Positions 9,212-21,556 of a stretch of DNA of 64,000 bases are shown here, in pieces. The DNA comes from Bacteroidales bacterium (GTDB lineage: Bacteria; Bacteroidota; Bacteroidia; Bacteroidales; FEN-979), in NCBI GenBank assembly GCA_963662525.1, contig OY759717.1:3157670-3221669 (forward strand). The letters run 5' to 3'. The notes below the pieces were generated by a model. The model had not been told where the DNA came from. It did not search any database and was given only the letters and a program-made list of their open reading frames with translations. Position numbers and translations under genes: made by a program. Position 1 is the first letter of the stretch. Every line of letters begins with the position of its first letter.

Positions 9212-10311
9212 GATTTTTCAGGGTATTCAAGGGTTCTTTTCCTGAAATGATGGGAATCGCCCCATTCACCATATCCAATTTCATCTCCGGCCATGGCAAT
9301 CCTGGCTTCCAGGCAATTCCTGCATTCGGAAGCTTCTTCATCAATACAGGGTTTGTTTTCGTATAACAGGTAGTTATTCCTGTATTTGACCGGTGTAAGG
9401 TTGGGCATAATGACATTGGCCCCTACCATCAGGGCTTTTTCCCTGCCCTGGGGGTCGATCGTTTGCATGGCCGTAGTGGCGGCAATGTTGATATCTTTCA
9501 TCATAATCCTCAGGATGGCCACCATTTTCAATGAAAGTCGGAATCTTTCCTGAAGGGGCATAAGCAGATCTTTGAATTTGTATAAGGGGGTATCCTCATG
9601 TTCGATATATGGCCCCATGCCAACCATGTCAACATCAAAATCCTTAAAAAAAAGCAAATCATCGGCCATGTCAGCAATTGTCTGGAAAGGCAATCCGATC
9701 ATCACACCGGTTCCAACCTGGAATCCCGTTTTTCTTAATGTATAAAGGGCTTCAACCCTTTTTCTGTAATCATGTTTCAGATTAACCGGATGCAGTTTTT
9801 TATATAATTCAGGATTGGATACTTCAATTCTGAGAAGATAACGGTGGGCACCGGCCTCGTACCAGCGGCGGTAGGTTTCTTCGGATTGTTCACCAAGAGA
9901 AAGTGTGACATGTAAATTTCCATTCGTGAATCGGTGAATTTCTTTTAATTGGCGTTCTATATCAGCGATAAACTTTTTTGTCGTCCGTTCCCCAGATTGA
10001 ATTACAATGGAAGCATAATTGTTTTCAAAAGCAAATTTTGCTGCTTCATATACTTCTTCATCCGTAAGCTCATAACGGATATACCGCTTATTTCCTGCCC
10101 GTATTCCGCAGTAGTAGCAATTTTTTTTGCAATAATTGGAATATTCAATGAGCCCCCTGAAGTATACCTTTCTGCCAACGAATTTTGCCTTTGTTTCCTG
10201 GGCGGATTTAAATATATGGAGTGTATCTTCAGCATTTGCTTCAAGTAAAGCAAGGATATCGCGATGAGAAAAAAAATCTTTTTGTAAAATATTTTCAACA
10301 GACGTACTCAT
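9208..10311 (-). CDS. hydE: [FeFe] hydrogenase H-cluster radical SAM maturase HydE
   Basis: Collinear with Thermotoga HydE as I recall it: RGLIEYSNYCKKNCYYCGIR (CX3CX2C), IVIQSGE, VTLSLGE, RYLLR, DMVGMGPYI, ATTAM, GANVIMPN. Its stop overlaps the rlmD start (ATGA). Confidence 0.8.
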   Translation of the reverse strand: MSTSVENILQKDFFSHRDILALLEANAEDTLHIFKSAQETKAKFVGRKVYFRGLIEYSNYCKKNCYYCGIRAGNKRYIRYELTDEEVYEAAKFAFENNYASIVIQSGERTTKKFIADIERQLKEIHRFTNGNLHVTLSLGEQSEETYRRWYEAGAHRYLLRIEVSNPELYKKLHPVNLKHDYRKRVEALYTLRKTGFQVGTGVMIGLPFQTIADMADDLLFFKDFDVDMVGMGPYIEHEDTPLYKFKDLLMPLQERFRLSLKMVAILRIMMKDINIAATTAMQTIDPQGREKALMVGANVIMPNLTPVKYRNNYLLYENKPCIDEEASECRNCLEARIAMAGDEIGYGEWGDSHHFRKRTLEYPEKS

Positions 10312-10384
10312 TTCAAAATAAAAGTTAATATATTAGCTAAAATAAACGTAACGACATTATAACACGGCAAAATTAGAAAAATAC

Positions 10385-11143
10385 ATGGAAGAATTCATTA
10401 AAACTGTTTTGATCGATGATGATAAATCCAGTATCCTAGCTTTAAAAACATTATTGGAGGGGCACTTCCCGAAAGTCAGAATACTGGGCAGTGGTAATAC
10501 TGTCGCAGAAGGTGTTACCCTGATTGATGCGGTACGCCCTGAACTTGTTTTTTTAGACATCAATATGCCAGATGGCGAAGGGTTTGATGTAATCGAAAAG
10601 GTTGTTTTTCATAATTTTCAGGTAATCTTTATCACTGCCTTCGACAAATATGCCGTCAGGGCATTTGAATTTTCTGCCCTGCATTACCTCGTTAAACCAG
10701 TTACCCTGGATGGCATTAAATCCGCTATCGAAAGGTATAAGGAAACGAAAGATGAAAACATTGATAATAAACTGAGTATACTTAAAGATACCCTAAAAAA
10801 TAAAAACGAGAAGATCATTATACCTTCCACTGACGGACTAAATATTGTTAAACTTGGTGACATCCTGAGACTTGAAGCAGATGATGTTTATACCATGTTT
10901 TATATGACTGATGGTAAGCGTTTCGTCGCATCCAAACCCCTGAATAATTATGAAAAAATTTTGGAGGACTTACCGTTTTCAAGGATTCACAGCAAGCACC
11001 TGATCAACCTCATGTATATCAAGCGTTATATCAAAGGTAAAGGGGGATCGGTAATCATGGAAGACAATACTGAAGTTGAGGTTTCTGTGCGTAAGAAAGC
11101 TGACTTTATTGAAAAGTTGAAAAATTTTGCCCGTTTTGTTTAA
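10385..11143 (+). CDS. LytTR-family response regulator (REC + LytTR DNA-binding domain)
   Basis: REC domain (VLIDDD..VFLDINMPDG) followed by a LytTR-type C-terminus. No cognate kinase is adjacent. Confidence 0.85.
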   Translation: MEEFIKTVLIDDDKSSILALKTLLEGHFPKVRILGSGNTVAEGVTLIDAVRPELVFLDINMPDGEGFDVIEKVVFHNFQVIFITAFDKYAVRAFEFSALHYLVKPVTLDGIKSAIERYKETKDENIDNKLSILKDTLKNKNEKIIIPSTDGLNIVKLGDILRLEADDVYTMFYMTDGKRFVASKPLNNYEKILEDLPFSRIHSKHLINLMYIKRYIKGKGGSVIMEDNTEVEVSVRKKADFIEKLKNFARFV

Positions 11144-12231
11144 ACATTAAACCGGATATGGAGGATATCTCCGTCTTCCACAATATAATTCTTTCCTTCT
11201 ATTGCTAATTTACCGGCTTCCCGGCAGGCATGTTCGCTTTTTAAACGGATAAAATCATCATATTTCATCACTTCCGCCCGGATGAATCCTCTTTCCAGAT
11301 CGCTGTGAATGACCCCTGCAGCCTGGGGTGCCGTCATGCCTTTCCGGATCGTCCATGCCCTGACCTCCTTAGGACCTGCAGTAAAGAAATTCTCCAGATC
11401 AAGCAGACGGAAAGCAGAACGCACGAGACGGTTTACCCCTGGTTCTTCCAATCCTGCATCGGAAAGAAAAGCCACGCGGTCGTCGGCAGATTCCAGTTCA
11501 GCTATATCAGATTCCAGTTTTCCTGCAATAACCAGCATTTCGGCGTCTTCAGCTTGAAGGATATCGGCCAAACGATTGCTGTATCCGTTTCCGCTTATGG
11601 CCGAGGGTTCATCCACATTACACACGTACATGACTGGCTTATCAGTGAGCAGGAAAAGATCTTCCACATGACGGCGGTCATCTGTTGTTACTGGAGCTGT
11701 TCGGGCCGACTGAAAAGATTCAAAATGATTTTTAAAGATGTGTAATACTTCAATGCACCTTTTGGCCTCTTTATCACCGGCTTTAAGTTGTTTTTCAGCC
11801 CTGATCAGTTTCTTCTCCACCGATTCCAGGTCTTTGATCTGCAATTCCAGATCCACGATTTCTTTATCTCTGACCGGATCAACAGAACCTTCTAAATGAG
11901 GCAACAAGGGGTCATCAAAGCAACGGATCACATGGATCAGGGCATCAACATTCCGGATATCCGAGAGGAATTTGTTTCCTTCCGTATGGCTTCCTCCCTT
12001 CGATAGTCCCGGAATATCTACCATTTCAATGGTGGTGGGTACAATCCTGGCTGATTTGATCAGCGCATCAATTTCATATAAGCGTGGATCGGGTACATTC
12101 ATAATCCCCAGATTCGATTTTGAACTGGTATAGGCAGCCTGATGAACTTCCGCCCGGTTATTGGATATACAATTGAACAGGGTTGTCTTTCCTGAACCTG
12201 AAAGACCGATAATTCCGCATTTTAATGGCAT
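11140..12231 (-). CDS. ychF: Redox-regulated ATPase YchF
   Basis: GIIGLSGSGKTTLFN G1 motif, TGS-like C-terminus with DGDILHIRFNV. Confidence 0.9.
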   Translation of the reverse strand: MPLKCGIIGLSGSGKTTLFNCISNNRAEVHQAAYTSSKSNLGIMNVPDPRLYEIDALIKSARIVPTTIEMVDIPGLSKGGSHTEGNKFLSDIRNVDALIHVIRCFDDPLLPHLEGSVDPVRDKEIVDLELQIKDLESVEKKLIRAEKQLKAGDKEAKRCIEVLHIFKNHFESFQSARTAPVTTDDRRHVEDLFLLTDKPVMYVCNVDEPSAISGNGYSNRLADILQAEDAEMLVIAGKLESDIAELESADDRVAFLSDAGLEEPGVNRLVRSAFRLLDLENFFTAGPKEVRAWTIRKGMTAPQAAGVIHSDLERGFIRAEVMKYDDFIRLKSEHACREAGKLAIEGKNYIVEDGDILHIRFNV

Positions 12232-12297
12232 ATTGATTTTTTTAACAAAAGTTAACCAGGATGCGAAATTACATCATCCGGCTTTAATTTATTTATG

Positions 12298-12305
12298 TAA
12301 ATTTG
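12298..12305 (+). promoter_or_regulatory. Bacteroidota -7 promoter box TAAATTTG
   Basis: Exact TAnnTTTG match 19 nt upstream of ATG 12324. It overlaps the TTG start at 12303 used by the ORF track. Confidence 0.4.
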
Positions 12306-12323
12306 ATAAAACAAAAATTATTT

Positions 12324-13334
12324 ATGAAAACAAAAAATTTAAAAGGATTTTTCCTGATGGTTGTACTGGTCACCATGGTGATATCTGCCATTCAGGCCCA
12401 GCAGCTTGCCGCAGTGAAAAGTGGTAAACTATGGGGTTACATCGATCATTCCGGCAAATGGGTCGTGCAGCCTCAGTATTCTTCTGCTGATGTTTTCGCT
12501 GAGGGTTATGCAGCCGTGGAATCAAACAGTCTGTGGGGTTATATCGATAAAAAAGGGGATTGGTTCGTCAGTCCTCAATATAAACGGGCAGAACCATACA
12601 GTGAAGGCCTGTGCAGGGTAATTACTTCCGATGATAAAGCGGGAAAATGGATATATCTTGATAAATCAGGGAAACAGGCTTTTGCGGCTCATTTTGATAA
12701 TTGTATGGACTTCAGTAACGGTCGCGCTGCTGCCCGCCAGGGTCCGATGTGGGGTTACATCGATCAGTCGGGTAAATTCGTCATTGAAAATAAATTTGAA
12801 CATGCAGAAACATTCAGTGACGGCATTGCAAGGGTAAAGCTCGATAAAATCTATGGATTTATTGATGTGAATGGCAACTGGGTGCTTAAAACTGATTTTG
12901 AAAATATCCGTGACATGAAGGATGGCATTGCCCCTTGTAAAGGAAATAAAGGATGGGGATATTGTGATCGCAAAGGAAACATTGTTGTACCTGCCATCAA
13001 TGAACATGCAGAAGCATTCTCTGAAGGGATGGGCAGAACCAGAAACCATGGTTTCTGGAGTTATTTTGATCAAGAAGGGAAACAGCTGATAGCATTTATG
13101 TACGATAACAGTAAGGATTTTTCTGAAGGTCTTGCTGCTGTTAAATCGGGTAAACGCTGGGGCTATATTGATAAAAGCGGCCATACGGTCATTGCAGAGC
13201 AGTTCGATGATGCCTTGTCATTCAGCCATGGCCTGGCTGCCGTAAAATCCGGATCATTATGGGGATATATTGATAAGACCGGAAAGACGGTAATTCCTTT
13301 TCAGTTTACTGATGCCCTGGGATTTTCAGAATAG
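12324..13334 (+). CDS. WG-repeat (KWG-type) secreted protein
   Basis: Signal peptide followed by about 9 copies of a ~37-aa unit with a G(K)WGYID..G..V..P.Y core. Confidence 0.75.
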   Translation: MKTKNLKGFFLMVVLVTMVISAIQAQQLAAVKSGKLWGYIDHSGKWVVQPQYSSADVFAEGYAAVESNSLWGYIDKKGDWFVSPQYKRAEPYSEGLCRVITSDDKAGKWIYLDKSGKQAFAAHFDNCMDFSNGRAAARQGPMWGYIDQSGKFVIENKFEHAETFSDGIARVKLDKIYGFIDVNGNWVLKTDFENIRDMKDGIAPCKGNKGWGYCDRKGNIVVPAINEHAEAFSEGMGRTRNHGFWSYFDQEGKQLIAFMYDNSKDFSEGLAAVKSGKRWGYIDKSGHTVIAEQFDDALSFSHGLAAVKSGSLWGYIDKTGKTVIPFQFTDALGFSE

Positions 13335-13371
13335 ACAGGGTTTTACCTTTGGCAATTAAAATTTTATTTTC

Positions 13372-13379
13372 TACCTTTG
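13372..13379 (+). promoter_or_regulatory. Bacteroidota -7 promoter box TACCTTTG (a second copy lies at 13344-13351)
   Basis: Two exact TAnnTTTG matches upstream of rpsA, implying a leader of roughly 110-140 nt. Confidence 0.45.
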
Positions 13380-13498
13380 CACCCCATTTTCAAGGGGAGT
13401 GAAGATGGTAAGTACGTTCTTTATCAGGTTCTCCCGTAAAATAAACCCAATGTTAAACCCGGATGTGCTTTTTTGGCGCCTCCACAAAAAAAAAATGA

Positions 13499-15532
13499 AT
13501 GACTCCTGAAGAAATTAATGTTAACAATGAATTGGAGCAGAGTGCCGAATTGAATGTTGAAAACACCCCTGCTGATCCTGAGGAAACCATTGCTGAACAA
13601 GCTGTAGCTGCTGATGTAACAGCTGATGCAACAGCTGATGTTGTTGCTGAAGTTGCTGCTGAAGAGCCGGTTGCTGAAGAGCCCATAGAAGAAAAAACAG
13701 TTGAAAAATCAAAAAGAGAAAAACCCAGCAGAGAAAGCCTGAAGGATTTTGATTGGGATTCTATCGGAAAAAAACATGAATTGTATTCCCAGGATGAAAG
13801 ACGCAAACTGGAAGATGCCTACGACCAGACCTTGCGTGCCATCCAGGACCATGAGGTGATTGAAGGAACTGTTGTTACCATGACCAACCGTGAAGTTGTT
13901 GTAAATATCGGATTCAAATCCGATGGTGTTATCATGCTGAACGAATTCCGCTACAATCCTGACCTGAAAATCGGTGATAAAGTTGAAGTTTACGTGGAAA
14001 ATCAGGAGGATACCACCGGACAATTACTTCTTTCCCATAAAAAAGCCCGGATCCTTAAATCATGGGAACGTATCAATGATGCATTTGAAAAACAGGAGAT
14101 CATCAAAGGTTATGTAAAATCCCGCACAAAAGGTGGTCTGATCGTTGATATCTTTGGCATCGAGGCTTTCCTCCCGGGTTCACAGATAGATGTTAAACCC
14201 ATCCGTGATTATGATGTATTTGTCGATAAAGTCATGGAATTCAAAGTGGTAAAGATAAATCACGAATATAAGAATGTGGTTGTTTCCCATAAAGCCCTGA
14301 TTGAAGACGAACTTGAAGCCCAAAAGGCAGAAATTATCAAGAAACTTGAAAAGGGCCAAATCCTTGAAGGTACCGTTAAAAACATTACCAGCTATGGCGT
14401 GTTTGTTGACCTTGGCGGTGTTGACGGATTGATCCATATTACTGATCTTAGCTGGGGACGTATTAATCACCCGGAAGAAATCGTTAAACTGGATCAGAAA
14501 ATCAAAGTGGTTATCCTCGATTTCGATGATAACAAGAAACGTATTGCTCTTGGTCTGAAACAACTTACCCCTCATCCATGGGATTCATTGGATCAGAATC
14601 TTAAGATTGGTGATAAAGTAAAAGGGAAAGTGGTAGTTATTGCCGATTACGGTGCATTCGTTGAGATCGCAACCGGAGTTGAAGGACTTATCCACGTTTC
14701 AGAAATGTCGTGGTCACAGCATCTCCGCACTGCACATGATTTCCTGAAGGTAGGACAGGAAGTGGAAGCCGTTATCCTTACCCTCGACCGTGAAGAACGT
14801 AAAATGTCGATGGGTATCAAACAACTCATTCCTGATCCATGGGCAAACATTAAAGAAAAATATCCTTTAAAATCCAAACATAACGCCATCGTACGCAACT
14901 TTACCAACTTTGGTATTTTCGTGGAATTGGAAGAAGGGGTTGATGGATTGATCCATATTTCCGATCTCAGCTGGTCGAAGAAAATCAAGCATCCTGCTGA
15001 ATTTACGAAGATTGGGGAAAGTATTGAAGTTATGGTACTGGATGTGGATGTGGATAACCGTCGTCTCAGCCTGGGACATAAACAACTCGAAGAAAATCCA
15101 TGGGATGTATTCGAAAGTTTGTTCTCTGTTGGTTCAGTGCATAAAGGAACCATCGTAAGCCTGAGTGATAAAGGCGCAATTGTTGCACTGCCATATGGTG
15201 TGGAAGGATTTGCTCCTCTGCGTCACATGACCAAGGAAGACGGAACCCAATGCAAGGAAGAGGAAGCATTGGATGTCAAGGTGATCGAATTTTCAAAGGA
15301 GAATAAAAAGATAATTCTTTCTCACAGTAAGATTTATCAGGATGTGCAGAATACAGAAAAGAACAAGGATTCCAAGCTCAGTCTGAAAAAAGAGAATGAT
15401 ACAAAGAAAGCCGTTAAGAAAATTAAGGATAACCTTGAAAAAACGACCTTAGGCGACATTGAGTCACTGGCCAATCTGAAAGCAGATATGGTGAAAGCTG
15501 AAGAAGAAGCAAAAAGTCCCAAGGAGGAATAG
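13499..15532 (+). CDS. rpsA: 30S ribosomal protein S1 with an acidic Ala/Glu-rich N-terminal extension
   Basis: Six S1 domains (G.V..I..YGAFVD/GLIH.S type repeats). It is preceded by about 90 aa of low-complexity acidic sequence. Confidence 0.9.
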   Translation: MTPEEINVNNELEQSAELNVENTPADPEETIAEQAVAADVTADATADVVAEVAAEEPVAEEPIEEKTVEKSKREKPSRESLKDFDWDSIGKKHELYSQDERRKLEDAYDQTLRAIQDHEVIEGTVVTMTNREVVVNIGFKSDGVIMLNEFRYNPDLKIGDKVEVYVENQEDTTGQLLLSHKKARILKSWERINDAFEKQEIIKGYVKSRTKGGLIVDIFGIEAFLPGSQIDVKPIRDYDVFVDKVMEFKVVKINHEYKNVVVSHKALIEDELEAQKAEIIKKLEKGQILEGTVKNITSYGVFVDLGGVDGLIHITDLSWGRINHPEEIVKLDQKIKVVILDFDDNKKRIALGLKQLTPHPWDSLDQNLKIGDKVKGKVVVIADYGAFVEIATGVEGLIHVSEMSWSQHLRTAHDFLKVGQEVEAVILTLDREERKMSMGIKQLIPDPWANIKEKYPLKSKHNAIVRNFTNFGIFVELEEGVDGLIHISDLSWSKKIKHPAEFTKIGESIEVMVLDVDVDNRRLSLGHKQLEENPWDVFESLFSVGSVHKGTIVSLSDKGAIVALPYGVEGFAPLRHMTKEDGTQCKEEEALDVKVIEFSKENKKIILSHSKIYQDVQNTEKNKDSKLSLKKENDTKKAVKKIKDNLEKTTLGDIESLANLKADMVKAEEEAKSPKEE

Positions 15533-15537
15533 TCCCT

Positions 15538-16350
15538 ATGACATTTTCTCTGACGGTGCTGGGTAGCAGTGCTGCAATCCCGGCCTATAACCGGAATCTG
15601 AGCGCTCATTTACTGAATGTAAATGAGCGCTTCTTTTTATTTGATTGCGGGGAAGGTACCCAGTTCCAGTTAAGGAAATATCATTATTCTTACCGCAAAA
15701 TAAGCCATATACTGATCAGCCATCTTCATGGTGATCATTTCTTTGGCCTTATCGGATTACTGAATTCCATGCATCTGCTGGGCCGAAAAGAAGAGCTTCA
15801 CCTGTATGCGGATGCCAGACTTCAGGAAATTCTCGACAATCAGATGGAGGCCTCAATGACCTGTTTGAATTTTCAGCTTATATTTCATTCACTGGTCATG
15901 GGTAAATATCAACTGTTGCTGGATGATGTGAAATTTTCCATTCACAGCTTCCCATTACGTCACAGTATTCCATGTTGCGGATTTGTGGTAAGAGAGAAGA
16001 AGCCACCAAGGAGGACCAAGACAGTTCGATCGTATGCCTATTGTAGCGATACAGTTTTTGATGAATCCATCGTGCAATATATCCAGCATGTTAGCCTGCT
16101 CTATCATGAAGCAACTTTCATGCAGAATATGGCGAATGCTGCAGCAGAGAAATTTCATTCCACAGCTATGGAAGCGGCTCTTATAGCTAAAAAGGCAGTT
16201 GCCGGAAAATTACTGCTTGGCCATTTCTCAGCCCGGTATGAGGATCTGACAGCTCTTCTTCAAGAAGCACGCAGTGTTTTTCCTGCAAGCTTTTTACCTG
16301 TGGAAGGAACCAAAATTGAGATAGGGATAATTGATAACGAAATAAATTGA
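15538..16350 (+). CDS. rnz: Ribonuclease Z, short form
   Basis: MBL fold with LFDCGEGTQ and SHLHGDH. At 270 aa it lacks the segment that forms the flexible arm in the ~305-aa enzymes. Confidence 0.8.
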   Translation: MTFSLTVLGSSAAIPAYNRNLSAHLLNVNERFFLFDCGEGTQFQLRKYHYSYRKISHILISHLHGDHFFGLIGLLNSMHLLGRKEELHLYADARLQEILDNQMEASMTCLNFQLIFHSLVMGKYQLLLDDVKFSIHSFPLRHSIPCCGFVVREKKPPRRTKTVRSYAYCSDTVFDESIVQYIQHVSLLYHEATFMQNMANAAAEKFHSTAMEAALIAKKAVAGKLLLGHFSARYEDLTALLQEARSVFPASFLPVEGTKIEIGIIDNEIN

Positions 16351-16363
16351 TAAACTTATTATT

Positions 16364-18532
16364 ATGAAGAAAATATTTTTATTCATGTTGCTTACGGGTA
16401 TTTTTATGGAAAGTTCATTGGCTCAGAATCCTTTTTTTACTGATTGGAATACCCCATTTCAGGTACCCCCCTTCGGAGAGATAACCAATGAGCATTATAT
16501 GCCGGCATTTGCTGAGGCAATGAAACAACAGAAAGCAGAGATCGATGCTATTGTTGGACAAACTGCACTACCCACTTTTGAAAATACAGTTCTGCCTCTC
16601 GACCAGAGCGGATCCCTGCTGGAAAAGGTCAGCAGTGTTTTCTATGCTTTGAATTCTGCCAATACGAATGTTGAGATGCAGCGTATTGCCCGTGAAATTT
16701 CTCCACTCATGTCGCAACATATGGACGATATTAACCTGAATTCCGAATTGTTCAGGAAGATAAAGGCAGTATATGAACAGAAAGAAAAAATGAATCTGAA
16801 TCCTGAACAGAAAAGACTTGTTGAGGAAACTTATAAGGGCTTTGTCAGGGGAGGTGCAAACCTGAATCCGGAACAACAGGCAAAACTACGGGAATTGAAC
16901 AAGGAAATCGGTTTGCTGCAGCTTACCTTCGGACAGAATCTCCTTGCAGAGAACAACAGCTATAAACTCGTTATCGATAATCAAGCGGATCTGGCCGGAT
17001 TACCCGATGGCGTTATTGCAACAGCAGCTGAAGTGGCTGACAACGACTCTGCCACAAAAGGTAAATGGGTATTTACACTGCATAACCCGAGCGTTATACC
17101 TTTTCTCCAATTTTCCGAGAAAAGAGTCCTGAGAGAAAAGATCTTCACAGCCTACATCAACCGCTGTAACCATGGCGATGATAAAGACAATAAAACACTG
17201 ATCTCAAAGTTGGTTTCACTCAGGAAGGATAAGGCTAATCTTATGGGTTATCCTGATTATGCCAGTTTTGCATTGGAAGAGCGAATGGCAAAAAAGCCTG
17301 AAAATGTTTATCGCCTTCTCGACCAGATATGGACACCGGCACTTCAGATGGCTAAGAAAGAAGCTGCTGATATGCAGGACATGATGGATAAAGAAGGAGG
17401 TAAATTCAATCTCGAAGGCTGGGACTGGCGTTTTTACAGTGAGAAAATGATGAAGCATCGCTTTCAGCTTGATGAAGAATCTTTACGTCCCTATTTTAAA
17501 CTTGAAAATGTCAGGGATGGGATCTTTTACGTTTCGAATAAATTATATGGTATTACTTTCACCGAGGTCAAGGATGCCCCAAAATATCATGGCGATGTGA
17601 CCTTATACGAATGTAAGGATGCCGATGGTTCTCATTTAGGCGTACTATATCTCGATTTTTTCCCCAGAGAAAGTAAACGAGGAGGAGCATGGTGTGGTAG
17701 TTTTCGTTCCCAATCATACAAGGATGGCAAAAGGGTTCCGCCGGTCGTTACCATTGTCTGTAATTTTTCCATGCCCGGTGATGGCAAGCCCGCTTTGCTG
17801 ACTCCGGATGAAGCTGAAACTTTCTTCCATGAATTCGGTCATGCGTTGAATGGCTTGTTCAGTAATGTTAAATACACCGGACTTGACCGCGTCCCCCGTG
17901 ATTTTGTCGAACTTCCATCCCAGATTATGGAACATTGGGCTTTTCAACCGGAAGTGTTAAAGATTTATGCAAAGCATTACCAGACAGGCCTCGTTATACC
18001 TCAGTCCCTGGTGGATAAAATCGTGAAGAGCGGTAAATTCGGTCAGGGATTTAAAACGACAGAATACCTCGCTGCATCATACCTTGATATGGACTACCAT
18101 ACCGAAAAAAAACAGGAAAAGGAGGTTTCTGCCGCTGCTACTTTAACCGGAGTCGTGACCGCAATCGATATGCAATCTGCTTCACAACCGGGATTAAATA
18201 TGGATGTTCCTGCATTTGAAGCAGCTTCCATGCAAAGGATAGGACTCATTCATCAGATACCTCCACGTTACCGTTCCACTTATTTTCAACATACGATGAC
18301 AGGTGGTTATACCGCCGGGTATTACAGCTATATCTGGGCCGAAGTGCTTGATGCCGATGCATTTCAGGCCTTTAAAGAAAAGAAGAATATTTTTGATAAA
18401 GCAACAGCCGGCAAATTCCGCACTTGTATTCTGGAAAAAGGAAATACCAAGGATGCCATGGAATTGTATATTGATTTTCGAGGACATGAACCAGGCATCG
18501 AAGCTTTGCTGGAAAACAGGGGATTAAAATGA
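16364..18532 (+). CDS. dcp: M3-family peptidyl-dipeptidase (Dcp-like)
   Basis: Signal peptide, HEFGHALNG zinc motif, downstream E in DFVELPSQ. Confidence 0.85.
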   Translation: MKKIFLFMLLTGIFMESSLAQNPFFTDWNTPFQVPPFGEITNEHYMPAFAEAMKQQKAEIDAIVGQTALPTFENTVLPLDQSGSLLEKVSSVFYALNSANTNVEMQRIAREISPLMSQHMDDINLNSELFRKIKAVYEQKEKMNLNPEQKRLVEETYKGFVRGGANLNPEQQAKLRELNKEIGLLQLTFGQNLLAENNSYKLVIDNQADLAGLPDGVIATAAEVADNDSATKGKWVFTLHNPSVIPFLQFSEKRVLREKIFTAYINRCNHGDDKDNKTLISKLVSLRKDKANLMGYPDYASFALEERMAKKPENVYRLLDQIWTPALQMAKKEAADMQDMMDKEGGKFNLEGWDWRFYSEKMMKHRFQLDEESLRPYFKLENVRDGIFYVSNKLYGITFTEVKDAPKYHGDVTLYECKDADGSHLGVLYLDFFPRESKRGGAWCGSFRSQSYKDGKRVPPVVTIVCNFSMPGDGKPALLTPDEAETFFHEFGHALNGLFSNVKYTGLDRVPRDFVELPSQIMEHWAFQPEVLKIYAKHYQTGLVIPQSLVDKIVKSGKFGQGFKTTEYLAASYLDMDYHTEKKQEKEVSAAATLTGVVTAIDMQSASQPGLNMDVPAFEAASMQRIGLIHQIPPRYRSTYFQHTMTGGYTAGYYSYIWAEVLDADAFQAFKEKKNIFDKATAGKFRTCILEKGNTKDAMELYIDFRGHEPGIEALLENRGLK

Positions 18533-18537
18533 AAAAG

Positions 18538-18610
18538 GTAACAGAGTGACAAAGTGACAAAGTAACAAAGTAGAAATCTCACCTTATCACTCTGTCGCTC
18601 TGTCACTCTG

Positions 18611-18622
<12 letters not shown>
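18538..18622. repeat. Inverted arrays of the 8-nt unit GTRACARA (18538-18573) and its complement (18587-18622); possible bidirectional terminator
   Basis: gtaacaga gtgacaaa gtgacaaa gtaacaaa gtag / tcactctg tcgctctg tcactctg ttactctg tcac. By my count 26 of 36 positions are complementary across a 13-nt loop. It lies between convergent genes. Confidence 0.8.

Positions 18623-21552
<2,930 letters not shown>

Positions 21553-21556
<4 letters not shown>

Noticed and set aside
9208-10311. Alternative identity for this radical SAM protein: biotin synthase BioB or ThiH.
   Set aside because: The sequence is collinear with HydE along its full length, including the C-terminal ATTAM...GANVIMPN region. 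It lacks the BioB YNHNL and 2Fe-2S ligand pattern. The presence of [FeFe] hydrogenases in the window also supports HydE.
13453-15609. Several 60-170-aa minus-strand ORFs inside rpsA (for example 13453-13806 and 14647-15153).
   Set aside because: They are antisense to a clearly conserved six-domain S1 gene and have low-complexity or Ser/Cys-rich translations. They are shadow ORFs.
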